Below, one piece after another: positions 13,663-25,910 of a DNA stretch of 64,000 nucleotides. Each line of letters starts with the position of its first letter. Position 1 is the stretch's first letter. Position numbers and translations under genes: made by a program. The notes beneath the pieces are model-generated. The model made no database searches. It had not been told where the DNA came from and worked only from the letters and a program-made list of their open reading frames with translations. Source of the stretch: Takakia lepidozioides (taxonomy: Eukaryota; Plantae; Bryophyta); assembly GCA_030704615.1 (NCBI GenBank), contig CM060733.1:18104001-18168000 (forward strand), in the 5' to 3' direction.

Positions 13663-13760
13663 CAACGATGCAATGGCGTGAGCGCGCGAGCGTACGCTCA
13701 CGCAGGAGTGACGTGACGTGAGCCTGCACCCACGCTGACGTGGCGTGAGCGTCATGTCAG
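13663..13760 (+). repeat. MULE left TIR and subterminal CGTGAGC/GCTCACG motifs
   Basis: 21-bp imperfect TIR and four copies of the heptamer in both orientations. Confidence 0.8.
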
Positions 13761-14224
13761 CATGCTGATGTGGCAACAAATGATGACATGGCATTGTCCG
13801 TCATCTGCCACATCAGCATTAACATGCGCCGCCTATAACCGAGGATGGTCCTATGACCGTGGAATTAATGCAGGGAATCTTGCCTAAATAGAATCAAGAC
13901 TACCATGAGGCCTACAATTGTAGCATCCAACATTGTGCAATTACAAATGCTTGTTTCACTTTTACAATTACGAGGACGAGAAAATATCCTCACAAAGTGT
14001 GCGCCATAGAGGCTGCCACGGGAAGACCTTCCTCCCTCCTCAAATAACAATGAGAGTTAGGATCATCTTCAAAAGATGATTGTAGTGCATAGCGACAACA
14101 AGACATGTAGACTTCGAACGGTGCAATGACTAATGTGCTTTTAAAAGTTGTCACTCAGAGCTCAATCAGTATAGTTGGAGGCCATATCATTGCACCGCCG
14201 ACGAATTGATGTGAATTACACATT

Positions 14225-17200
14225 TCAAATCATGGTGGTCCACGTACCACATTGCATAGTTGATGCTACCCATGTGTTGTATCCCGCTGCAATAGAGTAT
14301 TGACCTCGTTGAAACATAGTGGCCTGGTGAATGAAGTTGTCACGTTTGGGATCGCAAACCATCCTCTTCAAAAATATGAAATACAAATGTTTGCACGGTA
14401 TGAATTTACCTCTCTTGCCCAAACTGGTTGATAGCATATTCACAAAATCAGGACATATGCAATTGGGGAAATTGGAAACCGTGATGTCGTAGGTCCTGTC
14501 ATGAACAGCAGATGTGGAAGTGATGATTGTGAATACCCGACCATATCCTGGATCGGGTACTTCCGTGGTGCTTCCAACACAAGCTTGGAGCATTCTTGCG
14601 GACTCCACTTTGCCAAGCGGTTGGAGGGAAACGCCGAACGAGCTTTCCATCTCGTTTGGTTGGCCACAAGTCAGGATTTGCCGGGGGGACCCGGGAGGAC
14701 GCAGAAGTAGTAGCACATGCATAGAGTTGGGGTTGTCTCGCAAGGGAAAAGCCTGCCTCCTCCAGCATTTCAATCTCCTGAAATCTGAGATGTGTTCCCA
14801 CCTTCACGGGCCAAACGGTTGGAGGAGATGGCTTCATCACTACAGAAGGACGCATAGTTTCATGCACACATCTGGCACAATCATCTGCGCAGAACTAGAA
14901 CTTGTGGTTCTTGGCTTCTGGTTGACCGTATGGACGCATCAAACTCGTGAAAGTCGGAGCAGGAGTTCGGGCACCACCTCTGGATATAGATGAAGTGCAC
15001 TTCTCGAAATTAGTTGCCTTGATCGCTGTACATTTCACACGAGACCATGCACTTGTGCGTTCTATGTGCCAAACGTGGATGGGGCATGCGGACTCAAGCA
15101 CATCAAGGGGGTTGTTTCTCTCCTGCACCATTTCAGTGGCACTGTTTGATGCTGGAGCTTGCCGTCGTGTTGGAGGTTCCTCCAGAATGGAGGTTCCGGA
15201 CATGGAGCTGTCATGCAGAGGAACATGAGGCTTCGAGAAGTTATCACGGTCTGCCATGTGCGAATCGGAATCCGAACCAGGTGGAGTGTTCAATTTCCTC
15301 TTACAGGAGCCGAATCTCTCCTCCCCTTCAAGATGTGGAATTCTAGAAACAAGTGGCGTTCCCTGGGCATACATGCTCACCGCCCGTGCTATCTTGATTG
15401 GATCCCTAGATCTGTTTGCAGCACGCAACATCAACTCCCATTTGTCCGGACCCTTGCCACCAACCCCACCTCGCAAGAAATCACGGTATCGGGTTTGTTG
15501 TTGCAAGGCACGTATCAAATCATCTGCTGTTGCCACATACAAATCCCGACCTCGTTTCCCAGACTGCTGCAACCATGCGTTGTGCACAGTTTCTGCCAAA
15601 TTGCAAGATGGCATGTCCGCCATTTCCTCAATGGACATGTTCTGCAAAGTGAAGAACCACACTTCAAGACAGTGAACAGGAAACAACATGAAGAAAGCGA
15701 TGAGACAATAAAATGGAAAGTAAATGTATGAATAAAGCAAGAAATATAAGCCTCGTACCACTGCCATGGCTGTTCCCCACTGTCTATACCGGAAGTGCCA
15801 AAACGCCAGCCAATCTTCCAATGCTCTCATACTCTCAAGTGATGCAGCTCCAGAAGAGAACCACCAGGCACGAATTGTCTGGAACAAAGAGTCCGTCTCC
15901 TTCATTGTTCTAGCATCTTTCTACTCTTTGTACAATTTACGGTGCTGAGTCTGCATCTCTGGTTTGATGTCCGACTTTGTATGTTTTTCCAGAGATTGTG
16001 TCCAATGGAATAGACATGTACGCTCTTTTCCTCGCATTGGCACTTTTGGGTCGTCCGATCCGAAGACAATACGAACAGCATTGAAATTTGCTTGAGCATT
16101 ATCCACCATGAAACCTCCGAAATTTGGAAATGGCAGCCCATGACACGTATCAGGGAATTCCACATGAGCTTCTGGGATTCCGTATCCTTGGATTGCATGT
16201 CACAAACTGCAATTGTCATAACTCGTTGGTACACTGGATCGTAGACATGACAAGCCATTGTCGTCCAATCCTTCACTCGTTTCACAAGATCAAACATAAG
16301 AAAACAGTTCTGCAAGTCCCCAGTCTTCTGGATCCGCTTCACGAGGCTAACCCCACTGCCCTCCCCAACAGTCGACATTTTGAAAAGAAAAACTTTGATG
16401 ACACCTTGACCTGGGAATACATTGTCCTGGATGTAATCGTACTTGCTCACTCGTTTCAACTCCAAAATGTTGTCTATGTAGCCTCTGATACCAGAACCCA
16501 TTCTTAATGCATTGATCTGATGCCGAATGTTAGGTGAACTTAAAGTGGAGAAATGATCCATGACCAGGTCCAATGCTGCACCGTCAAGTTTAGTCCCCAC
16601 AGAATCCCCTTCACTCAAAATATGGCTTTCCAAGAAGGACTTGCTTGCGCCAAGAGCAATTGCAGATGTTGTTGCGGATGGGTTTCTCCCGAACTCCTAT
16701 TTAATCAACCTCGATACTGTCTCAACACTCTCCCTATAATCCCCCTTCGAGACATGATGGTTATGGAATCCGAAATGCACACAAGCTCTTGTCATTATTT
16801 TCAAACGGTGGACAACATAGTACATTCTTGCTCCGCAGAGCGCCAAGCAGGATGGCACAAGTTTGCAGAATTTGCAGACGAAAGTGTTTGCCGGTGGTGG
16901 GGCAGTCCCAGGCTGAAATGGATTTCCCGCCAGACCCTCCCATTCGCTTTGATTATGAACCCCAGACTGAAGAAAGTGTCTGCAATTCAAATTATCACAC
17001 CTAAGATGTCCATTGCAAACTGTTCTCCTGAAAACAAGCTTGTCATCATTCTGAATATTGGATGTTTTTGTTCTGCACCACGGATGCCCGTCGTGTTTCT
17101 TGTCCATTCCATGCATCATGATTGTTACACCTCCAACTTGTGGAGGAGGAGGCAGCTCGAATAGGATATCACCATCAAAAGTCTCTGGCAAGAACTTCAC

Positions 17201-17728
17201 AGGCACCTGCTTCAAAGATTTTCAATCAATTCCTCGCAACTCACTTTTGAATCCAGCCATTCCTCCCATCGCCCGTAGTTTTGGAATGACACTACAAATC
17301 TCTTCTTCATCAGCTTCTCCAACCACAGTAGGAAGGACTGGATTTGGAATTTCACTTATGTCATCATCGGACGAATCCGAAAGCTCAACGATTGGAATGG
17401 AGGACGTCTGTTCTTTTTTCACCACCACCTCCTTCTTGTCTTCAACGACCGAAGCAGCAGTCCCGGGCGTCACATATGACCCAAGGGACTTTCGCCGAGG
17501 CTCTCCAAGTACTCTGTATCGACCAGGGCGCACTCTCCACTGGCTGACATGAGCCGTCTCATCACGGTTTTGGAAAGTGTATTTCAACAACTTCCCTTTC
17601 AAATCATACACCATTCTGAAGCTGAAAACGGGTAGCCAAGACATGTTCCAGAACAATTGCAAATCCATTGTCAAGGACTTCCTAGGAGAACGGCACTGGT
17701 TTGTCGTCAGAGAAGAACTCCGCTTCAT
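14225..17728 (-). pseudogene. MULE transposase A (GCM-like Zn domain, DDE core, SWIM), frameshifted
   Basis: GCM-like DGHPWCRT...CNGHLRC...CKFC...C...GFHNH; core LMFD...GFMVD...CLFHW (CxxH)...NLAETVH; SWIM CICPDF...CKHLY. Split over several frames; one intron at ~15643-15757; start not resolved. Confidence 0.85.
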
Positions 17729-19388
17729 CTTCCTTCCTTGCGTACGTTGATACCTTGCTATCGCAGACCTTCAGTGTAAATTGGTTTACTGATGTCTCCA
17801 GAACACAGTTGAAGAATGAGCAGAGAATATGGCGGAGGAAGCTCAGACGACGACTGTGCATATTCTGTTATTCCTTCCAGATATGCAGACAAAAATTCCC
17901 TAGAGCAGACAGAAATTCCAGCAGATGTGAGAGGGAAGAGGAAAGCTGCAGAAGGGGATCCAATTTCAAAACCTAAGAAGGCGCTAGTAAGTTTTCTCTA
18001 ACTTCCATTTCATTGTTGAAGATCTGCGTAGAGATTGAGTGGAATGTCCCAGAAAGGGATTGTCGCTACCGACCATCACCATGAAACAACGGTGATTTGC
18101 TTTCTACTCCTCTGTTAAGGGTTTTCCGCACAATGAGTGGGTGACTGACGGTACCGTCATTCACTGTTGTTCAGATCATACAGTCTGTCTGATTGTCTTT
18201 CAAGCAGTCCTTCCTCTTCCCTTCTTAAGCAGGAACATGTGATTGAAGTCTACTGAATTGCGAGCGTCGTTAACGCCATTCGATTCTCCTCATGAGGTAG
18301 CCTATACTATATGCGCACATAAATGCATGCATATGGAGGAATGTATGCGTGCATACAAATTTTAGATATGCATAAGAATAATTTTATATGCACAACACTT
18401 AAATAAGGGTACCCAAAAATAAAATAAAATTTGTGATTCATCTAATCTTAGGGTCCATAGTCAAAATATCAAAGGATGAAATAAGAATATTCTATATAGA
18501 ATATTCCATGTTCATTGTATTATTATTCCACATGGGTGAGTGTAGGAATGGGAGAGGAACATGTTGCTTTTATGGCTTTCCAACATGAGAAAAAAGGTCG
18601 AAAAATTAAAAAGTGACGAGGCACGGCTCCTTGTTAGATACAAATGGTAAAGGTATGGGCTCTTCCAATGGTGGGAGTCTAGTTTGAAGTTCAGAATGGA
18701 GCAATGCTAAGGGAATGCTAGGGAGCTTGACAATGTGATGGAGATGGTCCGCCTGCGCATTTGGGTAGTAAATGGCGATGGCCCGCAAGGGAATTCAATT
18801 TTACAAAAAAAACTATTGATTGGTAATCGAACCCGCAATCTCATAACTTAAAAAACATAATCCTTACCAAACCACCACCATTTAATCTTGTTACATAGGT
18901 TTTGCAGTATCTATATATTTATCTTCTGAAACATTTTTATTTTACAAAAACATAATGTCCATCAGAGATAGAACCCACAACCTATCGGGTATCAAGCCTA
19001 GTTCATACCACTACACTACCCATTCAAACTTGAAACACTAATGAAATGAAACACTAATGAGATAAAGATAGTCACCCTGTGTGTACATAACATGCCACAA
19101 TACTCATAAGGGTTGATCTTACTAATGATGAAATTTGATAGTGCTGAAGTGCATGTCGAACTTGCATTCAGGTAAAGGGATCTATGAAATGCAGTAGAAA
19201 TCTATGTACAAACTATTACATAGATAAATCAAATGACAGGAAGATAACATGAAATCTGATTTCAACACCATGTCATTTGCCCCATTTGTTTTACCTTACA
19301 CTAGAGAGAAATACATGTATCATAAAAAATAACAAAAAATTCGGACTGACAATGAGGACAATGTATTGTATATGTAATTTCTAATTAC

Positions 19389-22300
19389 CTACATAACATC
19401 ATCAGCTGATACTTCATCATCCGTGTCATAAGCCTGTGATTCAGAGGCATACACATCCATGAAAGCCTCAACTCTACGCAACCTATCCACGGATTGTCCA
19501 ACAATAGGTGCTCTTCGGTCAAACAACAGATCATTGGAAAGACCTACATCACGTTGTTGATGTATTGAATGAAAGCTTGGGACTCGGCATACGAAGGTAG
19601 ATAAAACGATGAAAGAGGACTTTGGGGTAGACTATCGTAGATGGTCCGCACAATCCCATCACTGCATCACACATACATGTATACTTATGTTAACAAATCA
19701 AATGGGAATGGTTTGCTTTGCAAATAATATAGAGATTGCAACAAAGGGAATGGAGGCGAGACATACTCACTAGGAAGTACTGCCGAGATGAAGACCAAGC
19801 TTGCGCGCCACCTTAGGAGCGGGGGGTTCCAACAAACTCACAGGACGTTGAATGGTTGGAGTTACCACAGATGAAACCAAAACGGGTTGAGTATTTTGAA
19901 GTGCAGAGAGACGTGCTGCATACAACGTCTGGTCCCCCTCAAGACCAAATACGTGACGTCCAGACTCGCGGGCAGCAATAAATGTAGAACCTGCAGGAAA
20001 AAAACATGCAATGATGATATTATATCGGATAACAGTTAATGATCATGAATCAGCTCAGAAGATTTTAATTACAAAATGGAGACCAATGCAAACCTGTGCC
20101 AGCTGTGAGATCCAAAATGCGGGAGCCAGGAGGTGAACATGTCTCCAACAACACTTGCATGAAGGCGAGACTACGGTCTCGCGCACCCCTCCAGGCTTGT
20201 TGAGGAGTTTGCATGGGTAGTGCAACATCTGGAATGTGGTTGTAGATGGCATCCAACTCAACAGGGTCTGCAAGGGGGTCCACAACTTTGCCAGACTCAC
20301 GCAGTTTGAATAGTCCTCCTTGCTTGGTGAGGACATGGGCGTGGAAGAACATGGTCTGTTAGACGTGCCATTTCCACAAAAACAGTGCACTGTATGAGAG
20401 TAGGAAGATGAAACATCAAACAATGAGATATTGAAGAGGGATGATTTTTACCTTTCATGTCTGAGTGTGTAGAGGGGTGGTATTGATGCAAGTATATTTC
20501 CTTGATAATACGGAAATAGAGCTGCCCCTGGAGTAAGAAAAGAGCTCCAATGCAAAGGAATCATCGGAGCCCTGCAAGAACACCAAGCATCCATTGTCAT
20601 CCAACAGGTCATTAGCAATGGAGAATGCATACTCCCAATACCGTTTATCAAAAGCATTCCAGGGAGGAACCTGTACACCATCCAAACAGCCCTGTACAAG
20701 GCATTCCTGTTGGGCAGTCCACGATGATCATGTCCACAGCCACAGACACGTTTTTTCCATCCACAACACTAGACCAAGTTCCTGGCAACTGCAAACAACA
20801 TACAGAAAATGTAGGAGTCAATAGCCGGATGATGAGGATATAAAAACATCAAAGAATTCCTTACATTCAAGTTTGTTTGTTGGGGGAAACTCACATTTTT
20901 GAAGAACTCCATGAGCTCTTTCAAGGTCGCATCAGGAGATGTACTTGAGGCCTCCACCATATCAATGAAATGAGTAGGCATGATCTTCATGCGATACATG
21001 CTAGGTGCACCACCAGAAAATGACACTGCACTGTAAGGATGTTCGCCTGCCTTTGGCTTGTTTCCTCGAGTAGTAGGTGCAGGCACTACAACCAACTGAT
21101 TTGAAGGATGTGAAGAACTACCAATAGGACCAGCAATAGAAGCCACACCTGCATTGACATCCGCACCTTTTCTTTTTCGTGATTTGCGTTTTGGTACACC
21201 CACAACGGCAGGGACCACTTGGGCTACAGCGTCAGCGGCCTGTGTAGCAATCTGTTCTGCATGCTCCAGATCAAGAACAGGGACTTCAGTGGAGATACCC
21301 CCTTCATCACTCACTGACTGCCTGCGAACACATTCCTTATGAAGTCCCATTTCTGCATAGGGGATAGTACCCTTGGGCATATCCAAATACCAACCCCCCC
21401 CTTCCCGGTGTTCCACACCCCAATCTTCCTCAATTGCAGTGTGTACATGGAAGCTTGTTGAGCACCAAACTTCCAGGCCATCAGAAACTTGGGCTCAGCC
21501 TTAAGTCGATCACTCGGTACAAGCACAAATCTCATGTACCTAAAATACAAACACATTCAAAGTTATTGTGGAGACAAATATTTATGCAACCTGTTCAACA
21601 ATTGAACAAGCACATTAAGAAACATGTATATCCCAATGTACTAGAAAAATACTTGAAGCATAGACATTTTTGACTTACAAGGTGTATACACTATCCATGT
21701 ACAATGCAATGGAAAGATGGTACCTGAATAAAATCCGTCTCACCACCTTCTCCCCACCTGTTTGTTGTTCCCAATCATTGCCTCTGAATGGCCCCTTTGG
21801 CAATGAGAACTCTCTATGAAACAACTCATTGAAATGAGTCATCTTCCATGTATCCATGTAGTCTCCCAGACTCTCACTCTCTCCTTCCTCCAAGGCAACA
21901 TGAAATTGGCCAAGCTGAGTGGTGTACAAGGCAAACTGAGCCAAGGCAACCTTGCGAAGCTGCCAGAAAATACAGTCAGTTAAATAACTATGTTAATGTG
22001 TCATCAACAAAATGAATTAATTGCATTGAGAAGATAGTGATTGTATATGTACCTGCCACCAAAAAGTCCTTCTATTCAGCCAAGGATCAAGTGTTGGCCC
22101 ACTGATAGGCCCGGGTGGAAAAAAATTACGGTCGTGAAGTGTTTGGTCTCCATTCCATATATGTAGCCATTCCACCTTTTCTTCAGGATCCACCCGGGCG
22201 GTAGCAATGTTCACCATTTTCTCTTGGGTCATTTCCTCTGATCCTGCCTTTACACGTGACCAATGCAGTTTAAGTTCTTGGAGAAACCCCTCTCCAAGGG

Positions 22301-25000
22301 TTGGATCAGCAATAGGAAGCAACTTCACAAGCTGACTCTTGTGTTGCTCCCTTGCTTTCAATCCAGCCTGTCTCATTGTATCTTCAAGGCCCTCTTGACT
22401 CTTTGGCCCCTCAGCAAGTTTGTAAGCTTCCCCGCCATGCGTTGGGCCTCAACAATATCATGCTGCCAAAAGAACCAAAACAGTTCATAACATGAACCAG
22501 AGGTGAATCTTGTCTATGGATGCAAAGAATGAAACTTGGTTAAGACATGATGTTACCTTGTACAAAATCTCTGTCATTGCATGGACTGTCAGGTTATACC
22601 AAGTCTTTCCTGCTTTCTTGATGCATTCGTCGTATTGCTCTTTCCTCAATACATTCTTCCATTCAGAGACAGGTGTAAGGCCAATCATATTGACCTTGCA
22701 AACCAAGTGCACAAATTTGGATGTAACATGTGCCCTCTCTGTTGCCCTGCACATATAAAATATGATCATTAGAAAGAAGATGTGTATATGTACATCCATT
22801 GAGCAAGAACATGACAACATTGAACATGAAAGTAAATGAAGAATAGAAAGGAAACTCACACATTCACTCCATCCATGATGGACCTGAGGGAACCACGATT
22901 TTCAATGTCCGCATTGAGCACCCAACTTGTCACACAGACATGTCTTGACAAGTTGGCCCCATGAACTTCATTGATATAGGGATACCATGCTTGAAGCCTA
23001 TGATTCCCATCCCAGACATGAAACATCTTCCCCCGAAGATGATGCAACTTTGGCTTGGACTCAAGATACTTCTCAAACTCATCATTGACTGTTTTCCAAT
23101 GATATCCCATGTAGAGATGATATCAGGACCTACATCTATAGTAGATCCATCAATCCCCTCAACAGAAACATAGAACACGGCTGCTCCTGGATGTATCCAG
23201 AATAGAAGTCTCCTCTAAGCTTTAGGATGTCGTTGGCAAGGGCGGGCCTAACAACCTGCATAGAAATCATGCGACACAATGGAATGTCCATAACTCATCC
23301 TCAATGAGGAGGGACCTGAAAGTTACATTCAGATCTTGTTTCTTTTCCAGAATAATTGCCTGTTTGGCATCTAGATAAAGAGGATCACTAGATGTTGTAT
23401 CCTCTTCATACTCATCTGCCCCCCAATTCCTTGCATCAATGTCGTCAATAATGGTTGCAAGCGTCCCGGCCTCCACAACTTCAGTTGTAGTAGTAATTTC
23501 CTAATTCCATAGACCAAAACAGTTCAAGATGTCAGTGTATGAGAAGAGCACATGTGTGAATGTATAATATGTAAAAAGAGCAACTCAGTGTCATGGTTGC
23601 ATGAAGAAAACAAATGAATTTGGATAGTCAACTAATTCCATGAATATCCTTGTCTTTCAAAGCTTACAACTTGGAGCAGAATACAGGCCTGAGCATCCCG
23701 ACAGAGGACCTCCAACCACCTACGCCGGCGCATATGACACATATGTGCAACCAACTCAAAATTTGACAAGATTTGAAGCCCTTGAAGAAATTTTTGCTCA
23801 AGGAGCTCCAAGCATATGCGCCGGCGCATACCATGGAAGGGAGGTTGTAGCCAAACATACAGGAGCGCCTTGAAGGGTCAAACTAGGCCTATGGAAGCAT
23901 GTGGAGTTGTGGAGGTGGCAACATAGAAGCTTTGAGATACTTGAATACTGTGATCAACCAAAATAGGGAAGGTTCCCCAAGCGTCTGCGCCGACGGAGGT
24001 GGCAGCCTCGACACTTTGGAGCTTATGTAACACAAGGAATATACAACAAAAAACCAAGCTCCAAGCATCTCCGCCGGCGGAGATGCTTGCATGAGATTCC
24101 TGAAACCTAGGAGCTAAGCAAAAAAAGATTGTGCCCAATGGGTATGCGCCGGCGGATATGGCAGCCCAGCCCGCTCGGAGCATCAACAACTTATGAGAAT
24201 GCGGAGAAACAAAAGAGATGGAAGGGGGGGAGAACTTCCCGAAATATGTGAGCAGCCCTGCTGCACGGGTCTGCGTTGACAGAGGTGGCAGCCTTGGCGC
24301 TTTGGAGCTTCCGTAACATAGGGAATATGCAAAAAAAACCAAGCTCCAAGTGTCTCCGCCAGCGGAGACGCTTGCAGGAGGTTCCTGAAACCTATGAGCT
24401 GAGCAAAAAAAAATGTACTCAATGGGTATGCACCGGCGGATATGCCAGCGCAGCCCACTCGGAGCATCAGCAACTTTTGAGCATGCGGAAAAACAAAGGA
24501 GATGGAAAAATGGAGAACTTCCTGAAACATTTCAGCAGCCCTGCTGCACAGGTATGCGCCGGCGGATACGCCAGCCCAACCCGCTCGGAGCATCAGCAAC
24601 GTATGAGCATGCAAAAAAATAAACAGGATGGGAGTAGAGGAGCACTTCTTGAAACATGTGAGCATCCCAGCTCCAACGGTATGCGCCGGCGGAGGTGGCA
24701 GCCCAGCCCTTCCAAGCATTAGAAAAAACCAAGGGGAATGAGCTGTCTCCGCCGGCGGAGACGGTTGTGTGTATGTGTGGAGATTCGCAAACTTGTGAGA
24801 GTTGAAGTGACTTAGGCATCTGCGCCAGCGGAGGTGCTAGATTAGGAGCAGCTTGGTGGGGCTTATGCGATGGCGCATATGCCTAAGTGCAGGTCATGAA
24901 AAAAAACAAAACTACAGCTTACCTTCTCCATCCGCAGCTTGCCTCTACCACCACCACCACCAGCAACGCCTCCCCCTCGAGTGTCCTTCTTCCTCCCCAT
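19389..25000 (-). pseudogene. ParB-like domain + beta-class N4C/N6A DNA methyltransferase-like gene A (multi-exon, frameshifted)
   Basis: Predicted exon 1 25000-24923 (MGRKKDTR...MEK) splices in frame to 23500. Then DIPLCRM...VVRPAL...FHVWDGNHRLQAW; motif IV-like VDMIIVDCPTG (20705-20737); motif X/I RSLAFMQVLLETCSPPGSRILDLTAGTG|STFIAARESGRHVFGLEGD across intron 19991-20093. Confidence 0.78.
23715..24835. repeat. Array of CGCCGGCG-centred palindromes in predicted intron 1 of ParB-MTase A
   Basis: Perfect CGCCGGCG at 23723, 23819, 24072, 24147, 24557, 24684 and 24750; one-mismatch copies near 23988, 24357, 24431 and 24823; embedded in degenerate tandem units of ~125-290 bp. Confidence 0.88.
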
Positions 25001-25910
25001 CGCCGCAACAGCTCGTTGCCTCGGGGTGGTATAGTATAAGAGATGCGGCGCCTCCGTCTCCTCTTCGCAACGGGAGTCTCCAGGGTGTAGAGACTAGAGA
25101 CGTGTTAAGTGCTTGTGTAGTTTGTGTGTGTTTGTTTGGGGGAGTGGCAAGGGATAATGTGCAAGTATACTAGACTACGTTAGTGTAGTAATGATACCGG
25201 GTTAGTCATGTAGTAATGGCAACAAGTTTAACTGAATAGAAACAGTTTATTAACAAAAAAGTAGAGATTGTTTCATTGAATAGAGCATGGCTTGTTGGTA
25301 AGGTTGTGGTGTATTTACCACTAGGTTGCGGGTTCAAACCTGCCCCCGCCAAGGAGAGCGGGGGGAAAGGGGGGCCTAAGGCCTTAAAAAAGGCCAAATT
25401 GGCAGGCCAAATTGGCCAAATCTGAAATGTGAACCTTTTTTATACACTCTGGCGTTGCTTTTTGGACTACATGGGTTACACGTGGATCCTCAGAAGATGG
25501 TTGTACGATTGACATGTTACTTTGTGGCGGCGCCTTCATAATACAATATAAAGTAAATGATAAAGTAACTAAATTTTTTGTTATGGGTGTCTTAATCAAT
25601 TTATTGGTTTTAGAGTCAATTGTCGCCACAAATACTTGTACTCATTACTCATACATGAGTAATCAAGGCAGTACATTGGATTCTAAGATCTCAACAACGG
25701 CGCCGTCGTCTTAAAAATAGGGGATAGTCCATTTAGTTGTTTCTGTCAGAGAATAATATGGATGGAGCACATGCCTCAAAAAATTTGGACCTTCTGGATT
25801 GATGATACACATAAGTAATGTAAGCCATTTAATGTATTTGCATAAGGTCTTGCAAGATGTGCGCTTTCATTCATTTTGCATCTTCTCTAAAACTTTGAGG
25901 GCATTGCCAG

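Noticed and set aside
23632-24819. ORFs in the CGCCGGCG region as real proteins
   Set aside because: The repeated SAGA/RRR peptides simply translate the DNA repeat, and flanking splice sites suggest an intron.
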